64,000 bases of DNA, from contig DLEF01000057.1 in assembly GCA_002481545.1 (NCBI GenBank), forward strand, positions 4,679-68,678, given 5' to 3'. Below the pieces are notes generated by a model. It did not search any database and had not been told where the DNA came from. It worked only from the letters and a program-made list of their open reading frames with translations. Shown here piece after piece: positions 9,539-17,927 of the stretch (positions within the stretch are counted from its first letter, which is position 1; every line of letters starts with the position of its first letter). This stretch comes from Cyanobacteria bacterium UBA7753. GTDB lineage: Bacteria > Cyanobacteriota > Vampirovibrionia > Gastranaerophilales > Gastranaerophilaceae. A program made the translations under genes and the position numbers.

Positions 9539-10436
9539 GAAACAAGCACTAAAAAATCAATTTAAAGAATATATGCCAAAAGACTGGCTCGCGGATATAA
9601 GAATTGTCTACCGTATATGTATGGAGGCAGTGAACGATATTAAACGTACAGGATTTATGAATATTGTCATTATTACCACAATGGCGGCAATATTATCAAT
9701 CTTCGGGGCTTTGTTCCGCTCTACGCTTTCGCTTGCACAATTTGCAAACGAATTGGGCTCAATCCTTGAGGTTTCCGCTTATCTTAAAAACGGAGCTCCG
9801 GCACCCGAGATGGCTCAACAGTTCTCAAGAATAGACCACGTTATAAACGTAAGAGTAATTCCGAAGGAACAATCTTGGAAAGATATGAGAAAACAAATGG
9901 ATTTGCCTCGTATAAGCAATCCTTTGCCTGATACTTTACGTATTAAAGTAGATGATATTAACTACATTGACAATGTAATCGTACAAGTAAAGAAAGATCC
10001 GAGAGTCGAGAGCATAAACTATGCGGAAGCTTTCGCAAAGAAACTGCAATTGATAACCCACGTTGTTAATACTACAACCATTATTGTTACTTTGATTGTA
10101 GCTATGCTCACAATTACCATTATCAATAACACTATTCAACTGGTTATTCAATCAAGAAAAGATGAGATTGAAATAATGAGGCTTATGGGTGTAAGTAACT
10201 GGTATATCAGGATTCCGCTTGTATTGCAGGGTGCGTTTTACGGGTTGGCAGGGGCACTGATTGCCTTGATACCGTTACACTTTGTACAAGTATCACTCGC
10301 TAAGGTTAACAGTTTCTTCCTGATACCTACTCCGCTAATGGGCGAAGCAATGATTGTCGGAACACTGTTAGGTGTCGGCATCCTATTCGGTGCTTTGGGA
10401 AGCTTACTCTCTATCAAGAAACATTTACAAGTATAA
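9531..10436 (+). CDS. ftsX: cell-division permease FtsX
   Basis: Follows and overlaps ftsE. One N-terminal TM, a periplasmic domain, then 3 C-terminal TMs of FtsX type. I chose the ATG at 9531 over the ORF-track start at 9513. Confidence 0.8.
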   Translation: MSRKQALKNQFKEYMPKDWLADIRIVYRICMEAVNDIKRTGFMNIVIITTMAAILSIFGALFRSTLSLAQFANELGSILEVSAYLKNGAPAPEMAQQFSRIDHVINVRVIPKEQSWKDMRKQMDLPRISNPLPDTLRIKVDDINYIDNVIVQVKKDPRVESINYAEAFAKKLQLITHVVNTTTIIVTLIVAMLTITIINNTIQLVIQSRKDEIEIMRLMGVSNWYIRIPLVLQGAFYGLAGALIALIPLHFVQVSLAKVNSFFLIPTPLMGEAMIVGTLLGVGILFGALGSLLSIKKHLQV

Positions 10437-10516
10437 GAGCAGGGGTAAACAGGGGTAAATCTGTACTCATTGCGTTATTGTGCCTTAATGCGGATATAAT
10501 ATGAAAGGAAAAATAA

Positions 10517-11056
10517 ATGTTAAATACAAACGATACGGTTTTATTTATAGTTGATGTTCAGGACAGATTAGTCGGAATGCTCAAAAACAGCGAAGAAATC
10601 GCAAAGAATAACATGATTTTGGCAAAGACAGCTAAGGTTTTAGGAGTTCCAACCATTGCATCCGAACAATATCCAAAAGGATTGGGCTCTACAATTTATG
10701 AAGTCAGAGAACTTATTAACCCTGAAAATGTTTTTGAAAAAGCTTCTTTCTCTGCTTTGGACGAAGAAGGAATAAAACAAAAATTACACGAATTAAACCC
10801 GAAAAATATTATTTTGACAGGGATTGAGTCACACATTTGTGTTTATCAAACAGCGTTAGCATTAATGAATGAAGGTTATAACGTTTATGTCGTAAAAAAT
10901 GCCGTAGCAAGCAGAAAAACAAAAGATTACAGAACATCATTAGAGCTGATGAGAGACTTTGGGGCTAAATTAACCTGTGTTGAGACAGTTTTGTTCGAAT
11001 TGTTAAAGACATCAAAACACCCTAATTTCAAAGAAATACAAGCTTTGATTAAATAG
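10517..11056 (+). CDS. isochorismatase-family hydrolase
   Basis: LFIVDVQD (catalytic Asp context) and TGIESHICVYQTA (catalytic Cys context); 179 aa. Confidence 0.75.
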   Translation: MLNTNDTVLFIVDVQDRLVGMLKNSEEIAKNNMILAKTAKVLGVPTIASEQYPKGLGSTIYEVRELINPENVFEKASFSALDEEGIKQKLHELNPKNIILTGIESHICVYQTALALMNEGYNVYVVKNAVASRKTKDYRTSLELMRDFGAKLTCVETVLFELLKTSKHPNFKEIQALIK

Positions 11057-11078
11057 TTTGTATTTGATGTTAAAATAA

Positions 11079-11106
11079 CGTTGGTGCGGTAGTGACCGCA
11101 CCCTAC
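11079..11106 (-). repeat. REP-like palindrome (GTAG head when read on the minus strand)
   Basis: cgttGGTGCGGTagtgACCGCACCctac. Nearly identical to the copy at 22592..22619. Confidence 0.7.
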
Positions 11107-11198
11107 TCTACAAGTAACCTATTGACAGCTTTATAGCATTAATATAAGACATTAAATAACTGATTTTTATAGGATGTATTAGCAATAACCTCTCAAAA

Positions 11199-11221
11199 TA
11201 GGGTGTGGTCACTACCGCACC
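11199..11221 (+). repeat. REP-like palindrome, inverted partner of 11079..11106
   Basis: taGGGTGTGGTcactACCGCACC is the reverse complement of the left copy, with one stem mismatch and an ATAG head. Confidence 0.65.
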
Positions 11222-11256
11222 GGCTAAACAGAACAAATACACATTAGGAGTATAAA

Positions 11257-11799
11257 ATGAAAGAATTTGAAGAAAAATCATATAAAGTATTTGATATGTT
11301 CAGTAATCACTGGGCTCTTGCGACTGCAGGTAATATCAAAGATTTTAATACCTGCGTAATCGGGTGGGGCAGTCTTGGCAATATCTGGGGCTCGGGCAAA
11401 ACCAACAAACCCATTGTGACTGTGTATATCCATCCGGCACGTTACACCAGTGAGTATATGAGAAAATACGATACCTTCACCGTAAGTTTTTATCCGAAAG
11501 AATACAGAAGAGCTCTCGGATATTTGGGGACTCACTCCGGTCGTGACGGTGATAAAATAACCCCGTCAGGTTTAACTCCCGTGTCATTCGGTGACGGTGT
11601 AACCTTTAAAGAAACTGAATTAACTTTCTTATGCCGTAAAATTTATCAAAATCAATTTTCAAAAGAAGGACTAGCGGACGACATAAAAGAATATTATGCG
11701 GCTAATCCGAAACTGTATCCGTCTGACAGTGCCGACGGTTGGCAGCCTCATTATATGTTTATCGGTGAGATTCTTGAGGTTGAAGATAAACAAGGATAA
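11257..11799 (+). CDS. flavin reductase-like (FMN-binding split-barrel) family protein
   Basis: HWALATAG...GWGSLGNIW..P.VTVYIHPARYTSEYM...FTVSFYPKEYRRALGYLGTHSGRDGDK matches my recollection of this family. Confidence 0.6.
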   Translation: MKEFEEKSYKVFDMFSNHWALATAGNIKDFNTCVIGWGSLGNIWGSGKTNKPIVTVYIHPARYTSEYMRKYDTFTVSFYPKEYRRALGYLGTHSGRDGDKITPSGLTPVSFGDGVTFKETELTFLCRKIYQNQFSKEGLADDIKEYYAANPKLYPSDSADGWQPHYMFIGEILEVEDKQG

Positions 11800-11866
11800 A
11801 TCAAAATAAAACCGTTTTTCTTGATAAAACCCGCGATTTTTGATAAAATTGAGTCTGTGAGGTCAT

Positions 11867-12286
11867 ATGAAAAAATCAGAGTTGGATTTATCGAATTTGA
11901 AAAACAGTTTAAATACATTGATTGAATGTTATTCGGATTATACAAAGCAAGAAGATGAAAAAATGAAATCTTATATTCAAGATGCTTGTGTAAAAAGATT
12001 CGAATATACATATGAAACCGCAAAGAAAATTATGAATAAGTTTTTGAAAAAGGAATATGATAAATCGGATTTAGACTTATCAATAAACAATATATTCAGA
12101 GAAATGTATGGTCTTGGGTTAATAGAAAATTTCGACCATTGGACTGATTACAGGTTAAAACGAAATTCCTCCTCACATGAATACAATTTAGCAAAATCAG
12201 GAGAAATTATTGATATTATCTCTGATTTTATAAACGATGTAAAATATTTGATTACCTCCCTCGAAGGAGTACTGACGGATGATTAA
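11867..12286 (+). CDS. hepT: HEPN-domain nucleotidyltransferase substrate-binding protein (HI0074 family; HepT-like toxin)
   Basis: KRFEYTYETAKK core and the Rx4HxY motif RNSSSHEY. Overlaps the next gene by 8 nt. Confidence 0.8.
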   Translation: MKKSELDLSNLKNSLNTLIECYSDYTKQEDEKMKSYIQDACVKRFEYTYETAKKIMNKFLKKEYDKSDLDLSINNIFREMYGLGLIENFDHWTDYRLKRNSSSHEYNLAKSGEIIDIISDFINDVKYLITSLEGVLTDD

Positions 12287-12566
12287 GGGTATCACCTCTA
12301 CGGAAGAAGAAATTATAAAATCTATTTTACAAAAATATCCCTATGATTTTTATTATTACGGTTCCAGAGTAAAAGGGGATTTTTCAAAATCTTCCGATTT
12401 GGATATTTTATTAAAGAGTGATAAAGAAATTCCATATTCCGTAATTGACAACATTGAATTAAAATTTAACGAAAGCAAAATACCATATATCGTCAATATT
12501 TCGCAATATGCAACTATGGATAAAAACTTTTATAATCTGATAAAAAAAGATTTAATTAAGGTATAG
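12279..12566 (+). CDS. mntA: minimal nucleotidyltransferase (MNT; MntA-like antitoxin)
   Basis: GSRVKGDFSKSSDLDILL matches the GSx(n)GxxxxxSDxDL pol-beta-type NTase motif; 95 aa. Confidence 0.8.
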   Translation: MIKGITSTEEEIIKSILQKYPYDFYYYGSRVKGDFSKSSDLDILLKSDKEIPYSVIDNIELKFNESKIPYIVNISQYATMDKNFYNLIKKDLIKV

Positions 12567-12622
12567 AAATTATCCTTTTTAAATTGCATTAACTAAAAGG
12601 TCTGCTTTTACAAATTCATGCT

Positions 12623-12650
12623 TTACATCAGCCCTGTTTTAGAGTAAAAT
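12623..12650 (+). promoter_or_regulatory. candidate promoter of pyrH
   Basis: TTACAT, 16-nt spacer, TAAAAT, about 35 nt upstream of the pyrH ATG. Confidence 0.3.
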
Positions 12651-12684
12651 TGAGGTGTCATTTAGTGAAAAATAGGATAGAGAG

Positions 12685-13407
12685 ATGAGTAATCCAAAAT
12701 ATAAAAGAGTTCTGTTGAAGGTCAGCGGAGAAGCTCTTTTGGGCAGTCAGGAATTTGGTATTGACTATGAACCTGTTGAGATGATGGCACATGAGATTAA
12801 AACCATCCTTGATATGGGTGTACAGGTAGCTGTTGTAGTCGGAGGCGGAAACATTTTCCGCGGAATGAAAAACAGTGCTAAACTCGGAATGGACAGAGTA
12901 TCGGGCGACTATATAGGAATGCTTGCAACGGTTATGAACGCTGTTGCTCTGCAAAGCGCCTTAAAGAAAGCCGATATTGATTGTCGTGTACAATCCGCAA
13001 TTACTATGCGCCAAATAGCTGAACCGTACATCAGACACAGAGCAATAAGACACCTTGAAAAAGGCAGAGTCGTTATATTTGCTGCAGGAACAGGCAACCC
13101 GTTCTTCACAACAGATACGGCGGCAGCCTTGAGAGCATCCGAGATTGATGCGGAAGCTATGCTTATGGCTAAAAACGGTGTAGACGGAGTCTATGACGAT
13201 GATCCGAGAGTTAATCCGAATGCTAAGAAATTAGACAACATCAAGTATTCCGATATTCTTCATAACGATTTGAAGGTTATGGACTCGTCGGCATGCACTT
13301 TGTGTGAACAAAATAATATTCCTATTATAGTTTTTGATTTCAATGCAAAAGACAGCTTGAAAAAGATTATGGACGGCGAAAAAATCGGAACTTACGTAGG
13401 AAAATAA
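12685..13407 (+). CDS. pyrH: UMP kinase
   Basis: [24 protein letters not shown] and [17 protein letters not shown]. Confidence 0.92.
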   Translation: MSNPKYKRVLLKVSGEALLGSQEFGIDYEPVEMMAHEIKTILDMGVQVAVVVGGGNIFRGMKNSAKLGMDRVSGDYIGMLATVMNAVALQSALKKADIDCRVQSAITMRQIAEPYIRHRAIRHLEKGRVVIFAAGTGNPFFTTDTAAALRASEIDAEAMLMAKNGVDGVYDDDPRVNPNAKKLDNIKYSDILHNDLKVMDSSACTLCEQNNIPIIVFDFNAKDSLKKIMDGEKIGTYVGK

Positions 13408-13469
13408 TAAAAAGGGGAATACCCCTAACAATATCTGATTGTATTTAGAATAAAAAGAAAGAGGTAAAA

Positions 13470-14036
13470 ATGTCAGAAGCAGTTGAAGCGTTATTAAAGA
13501 CAGGTAAAGACAAAATGGAAAAAGCTATTGCACAGCTAAAAAGAGAGTTTTCAACCGTAAGAACGGGACGTGCTAATCCCGGAATTTTGGACAGAGTCCA
13601 AGTAGACTATTACGGTTCCCCTACGCCGTTAAGACAAATGTCTCAAGTAACGGTTCAAGACGGTACGACACTGGTTATCACACCTTATGACAAATCAATC
13701 TTAAAAGAGATTGAAAAGGCTATTATCAAGGCGGATTTGGGTATCGCTCCTAACAGTGACGGTATCTGTTTAAGATTAAACTTCCCGCCTTTGACTGAAG
13801 ACAGAAGAAAAGAAATTGCAAAATCAGTTAAGAAAATGGGCGAAGAAGCTAAAGTTGCAGTAAGAAACATCAGACGTGATATGGCTGACGGTTTGAAAAA
13901 ATCAGAAAAAGCCGATAACATCCCTGAAGATATGGTTAAGGATTATCAAGACAAAATCCAAAAAATGACCGATAAATATACAGGTATTATCGACGCTGAT
14001 GTATCTGAAAAAGAAAAAGAAGTTATGACAGTATAA
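13470..14036 (+). CDS. frr: ribosome recycling factor
   Basis: LKREFSTVRTGRANPGILDRVQVDYYG and LTEDRRKE..K; conserved pyrH-frr order. Confidence 0.92.
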   Translation: MSEAVEALLKTGKDKMEKAIAQLKREFSTVRTGRANPGILDRVQVDYYGSPTPLRQMSQVTVQDGTTLVITPYDKSILKEIEKAIIKADLGIAPNSDGICLRLNFPPLTEDRRKEIAKSVKKMGEEAKVAVRNIRRDMADGLKKSEKADNIPEDMVKDYQDKIQKMTDKYTGIIDADVSEKEKEVMTV

Positions 14037-14051
14037 GAAGAGAGTATAAAT

Positions 14052-14083
14052 AAACAGTGAGTCAATCTTATGATTCACTGTTT
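14052..14083 (+). terminator. hairpin or terminator after frr
   Basis: aaacagtga...tcactgttt stem followed by a T-rich tract. Confidence 0.5.
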
Positions 14084-14112
14084 ATTATAATTTTATTGAA
14101 TGGGTTGGAATT

Positions 14113-15000
14113 ATGGATAAAACATTGATGTCAAGAGTAACAACAGGGTTAATATTAGGATTTACCGTTTTATTTGCATTACTTGCAGGCGGTATATGGT
14201 TATTCCTATTAACACTGCTTATCGTTATACTCGCAACAAAAGAGTATGTATGTATTTTAAAGCACAAAGGGTTTTATCCGAGTTTCAAAGTTATTCTTTT
14301 TGCGGATATATTATTCGCACTGCTCGCTTATTTGAACAGATTTAACCTGTTATCAGCTGCAGTAACGATTGCATCAATAACCGCATTTATGTGGGTATTA
14401 TTCAAAGGCAGACAGCCTTATATCGCAAATGTTGCAACTACAATATTAGGTTTCGTATACGGCGGATTGTTCCCGCTATACTTAATCTTTTTAAGAGATA
14501 TCGGCTCACAGCCGACATACAATTATTTAATAAAATCAACGGGAGATTGCGCAGGTCGCGGTTATGTATTGTTATTGTTCTTCACCGTTATGATAACGGA
14601 TATCGGATGCTATTATTTCGGCAGACATTTCGGCAAACACAAACTCGCTCCGATTATCAGCCCTAATAAAACGATTGAAGGCTCTATCGGCGGAACATTC
14701 TGTGCATTGGTTATGGCGCTTATAATTGCTTATATGATTAAATTACCTGTTTATCACGCAATAATCGTAGCTATTTTGATTGCAATGTTTGCACAAATCG
14801 GCGACCTTTGCGAATCATTGATAAAACGTGATGCGGGCGTAAAAGATTCAAGCAATATTTTACCGGGGCACGGCGGATTCTTAGACAGAACAGACAGTTA
14901 TGTATTCACGCTCCCTGTATTGTATTACTATTTCCAATATTTTGTATATGATACAAACACGGTAACAGCCATCAAATCATTTATACAAGGGTTAATGTAA
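14113..15000 (+). CDS. cdsA: phosphatidate cytidylyltransferase
   Basis: Polytopic membrane protein with the CdsA signature SLIKRDAGVKDSSNILPGHGGFLDRTDS. Confidence 0.85.
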   Translation: MDKTLMSRVTTGLILGFTVLFALLAGGIWLFLLTLLIVILATKEYVCILKHKGFYPSFKVILFADILFALLAYLNRFNLLSAAVTIASITAFMWVLFKGRQPYIANVATTILGFVYGGLFPLYLIFLRDIGSQPTYNYLIKSTGDCAGRGYVLLLFFTVMITDIGCYYFGRHFGKHKLAPIISPNKTIEGSIGGTFCALVMALIIAYMIKLPVYHAIIVAILIAMFAQIGDLCESLIKRDAGVKDSSNILPGHGGFLDRTDSYVFTLPVLYYYFQYFVYDTNTVTAIKSFIQGLM

Positions 15001-15680
15001 TGAGTTTTAACTTACTTGATGTTGAATGTGAAAACAAAGATAATCTGAAATTAGCATTTACACATCCTTCATATTCAAAAGAAAATTCCTTATCACGCCT
15101 TAAAAGTTATGAACGTTTAGAGTTTCTCGGAGATGCGGTTCTGAAACTCGCAATCTCGGATTTGTTGTATAAAAAATATCCCGAATATGAAGAAGGCGAA
15201 CTTTCTAAAATAAGGTCAATTCTTGTGTCTGACGCAACATTGAGCCTTATCGCAAAAGATATAAACCTGCAAGATAAAATGATACTGGGCGCAGGCGAAG
15301 AACACACGGGCGGAAGAGACAGAGAATCAAATATTGCATGCACAATGGAGGCGGTATTCGGAGCCTACTTTTTAGACGGCAAATATAAAGATGTTGAGAG
15401 ATTTTTGAAAGAAAACCTGCTTCCTAAAGCCGACGACATAGAATCACATTTTGAAAAATACAATGCTAAAGCTGTACTGCAGGAATATACTCAAAAACGG
15501 AATAGCGAACTGCCCGAATATACTATTGTAAACACACTTGGACCGGCACATAATCCTATCTTTGAGGCGGAAGTATCTTATGAAGGCAAAGTATTGGCAC
15601 GAGGAAAAGGCAAATCAAAGAAGGAAGCCCACCAAGACGCAGCCTACAAAGCATGTCAGAAATTGAAAATAATAAAATAA
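15000..15680 (+). CDS. rnc: ribonuclease III
   Basis: RNase III signature ERLEFLGDAVL and a C-terminal dsRBD (GKGKSKKEAHQDAA). ATG overlaps the cdsA stop. Confidence 0.9.
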   Translation: MSFNLLDVECENKDNLKLAFTHPSYSKENSLSRLKSYERLEFLGDAVLKLAISDLLYKKYPEYEEGELSKIRSILVSDATLSLIAKDINLQDKMILGAGEEHTGGRDRESNIACTMEAVFGAYFLDGKYKDVERFLKENLLPKADDIESHFEKYNAKAVLQEYTQKRNSELPEYTIVNTLGPAHNPIFEAEVSYEGKVLARGKGKSKKEAHQDAAYKACQKLKIIK

Positions 15681-15691
15681 ACGGTGAAAAA

Positions 15692-16348
15692 ATGGAAGAT
15701 AAAAAAACAGACAAAATTATAGTAGCACCATCAATATTATCCGCAGACTTTGCGAATTTGGAACGCGACATAAAAACGGTTGCAAAAGCAGGCGCAGAAT
15801 GGGTTCATATAGATGTAATGGACGGGCATTTTGTCCCTAATATTACAATCGGGGTTCCCGTTGTAAAATCGATAAGACAAATTACGGATTTAACATTAGA
15901 TGTACATTTGATGATAGAAAATCCCGAAAAATATGTTGATGCTTTCGCTGACGCGGGCTCCGATATTATAACGGTACATTATGAGGCAACAAAAGATAAA
16001 ACGGAAGACGTTTTAAGGCAGATAAAGAAGAGCGGATGTCTCGCAGGGCTGTCAATCAAGCCAAAAACAGGAGTTGATGAGATAAAGCAATACATCGGTT
16101 TGGCTGATTTAATTCTCGTTATGACGGTTGAACCGGGATTTGGCGGACAAAAATTCATGCAGGATTGCGCGGACAAGCTGCCTGAAATAAAAGCGTTGCA
16201 AAAAGAAGGTCAATATTTAGAGGTTGACGGCGGAATAAACGCCGAGACATCAAAATATTGCACAAAAAGAGGCGCCAATGCGCTCGTTGCGGGAAGTTAT
16301 GTATTCAAAAGCGACAATATAGAAGAGGCTATATCTTCGTTAAGATAA
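15692..16348 (+). CDS. rpe: ribulose-phosphate 3-epimerase
   Basis: IVAPSILSADFANL, HIDVMDGHFVPN, MTVEPGFGGQKF and VDGGIN. I chose the ATG at 15692, after the rnc stop. Confidence 0.88.
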   Translation: MEDKKTDKIIVAPSILSADFANLERDIKTVAKAGAEWVHIDVMDGHFVPNITIGVPVVKSIRQITDLTLDVHLMIENPEKYVDAFADAGSDIITVHYEATKDKTEDVLRQIKKSGCLAGLSIKPKTGVDEIKQYIGLADLILVMTVEPGFGGQKFMQDCADKLPEIKALQKEGQYLEVDGGINAETSKYCTKRGANALVAGSYVFKSDNIEEAISSLR

Positions 16349-16381
16349 ATAACAAAAACCCGTAACATTAGGCTTTACATA

Positions 16382-16410
16382 TTGAAAAAAGCCGACTGAT
16401 TTAGTACAAT
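16382..16410 (+). promoter_or_regulatory. candidate promoter of the DAACS symporter gene
   Basis: TTGAAA, 17-nt spacer, TACAAT, about 40 nt upstream of the ATG. Confidence 0.4.
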
Positions 16411-16449
16411 AAAAACATTGAATAGTAAAAAAATGAGAGGATTTATAAG

Positions 16450-17772
16450 ATGAAATTACACATGCATGTGCTCATAGCGTTAGGTTTAGGTATTAAACGT
16501 AATTGGCACATATTCTTTGGCTTGATTGCCGGTGTTATTGTCGGTATTTTCCTGCAAGCACACCAAAATCCGATTATTATGGGGTTATTAACCGTAATCG
16601 GACAATTATTTATCAGATTAATTCAAATGATTGTTATCCCGCTCGTTATATCGGCGATTGTCATAGGTATAACAAGTGTTGGTGATAATAAACAGCTCGG
16701 TAAATTCGGATCAAAGATGATTATATATTACGGTATAATCACTGTTGCAGCCGTCACAATCGGAGCTGTTTTAGCATTAGTATTCAAACCCGGGCTCGGT
16801 GCTGCGCACTATATCGCACAAGGTACGGCAGCCAACATTCAACACACTGTTGCATCTACAATACATGCTCAACAAGGACAATTGTTACAAATGTTCTTGA
16901 ATTTAGTTCCGAAAAACCCGCTTGATGCAATTGCTCACGGAGATATGGTTCAAATCATTGTATTTACTTTAATCTTTGCGGTTGCTTTGGCTAAGGTTGG
17001 CGATGTAAACAGACCTTTGGTATCGTTCTTTGAATCGGTATTTGCCGCAACAATGAAAGTTACCGATTGGATTATGTACTTAGCTGCACCCGGTGTATTT
17101 GCATTAACAGCATTGGCTGTTTCATCATTCGGAGCAGACATATTCATTTGCATATCAAAATACTTGATGGTATTGGCATTAGGGTTCTCAATCCAATTAT
17201 TCGTTGTTTACCCGCTGTTCCTGAAAGTATTTTCAAAAGTACCTGTTCTTATGCTTTATGCAGCAATTGCAGAAGCAATGATGGTTGCTTTCGGAACGGC
17301 AAGTTCTTCCGCAACATTGCCTTTGACTATTGCTTGTTGTGAAAAGAGAGGTATTTCTCATAAGGTATCAAGCTTTGTATTGCCGTTAGGTGCTACATTG
17401 AACATGGACGGTACAGCTTTATTGCAGGTTGTAGCCGTTATATTCTTAATGCAGGCATACGGAGTTCCTGTATCATTGCTTATGGTTGTTCAAATCGCAT
17501 TGTTGGCAATTGTTGCATCTTCAACAAGTGCAGGTATCCCTGGAGCAGGCTTAATTACAATTGCTCTTGTATTGAATAACTTAGGCTTGAGCCCTGAACA
17601 ATTGGTTGCAGGTTTCGCATTTCTGTTCACAATAGAAAGAGTTACGGATATGATGAGAACATTGATAAACGTAACATCAGATGCCGTTGTTGCAGCTGCT
17701 ATTGCGGATAACGAAAACGAAATCAATTACGATTTACTGACAAATCCTGCAGCATATAACGAAATCATCTAA
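16450..17772 (+). CDS. dicarboxylate/amino acid:cation symporter (DAACS, GltP-like)
   Basis: Polytopic protein with FGTASSSATLP and LPLGATLNMDGTAL, plus a TSAGIPGAG reentrant-loop motif. Confidence 0.8.
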   Translation: MKLHMHVLIALGLGIKRNWHIFFGLIAGVIVGIFLQAHQNPIIMGLLTVIGQLFIRLIQMIVIPLVISAIVIGITSVGDNKQLGKFGSKMIIYYGIITVAAVTIGAVLALVFKPGLGAAHYIAQGTAANIQHTVASTIHAQQGQLLQMFLNLVPKNPLDAIAHGDMVQIIVFTLIFAVALAKVGDVNRPLVSFFESVFAATMKVTDWIMYLAAPGVFALTALAVSSFGADIFICISKYLMVLALGFSIQLFVVYPLFLKVFSKVPVLMLYAAIAEAMMVAFGTASSSATLPLTIACCEKRGISHKVSSFVLPLGATLNMDGTALLQVVAVIFLMQAYGVPVSLLMVVQIALLAIVASSTSAGIPGAGLITIALVLNNLGLSPEQLVAGFAFLFTIERVTDMMRTLINVTSDAVVAAAIADNENEINYDLLTNPAAYNEII

Positions 17773-17795
17773 CAATGATAATAAAATCAATAAAA

Positions 17796-17829
17796 AGAAG
17801 TTGTCTTGAACAAAGACAGCTTCTTTTTT
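17796..17829 (+). terminator. rho-independent terminator
   Basis: gaagttgtctt / aagacagcttc stem followed by a T run. Confidence 0.65.
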
Positions 17830-17927
17830 ATTGTAAAAAAGCTTTAATGACTATACTTTTTGAGCCCGATACACTATAATATAGATAACGTTTAAATAAA
17901 CAAAAAAAAAGAAAGAGAATAAAAGGA

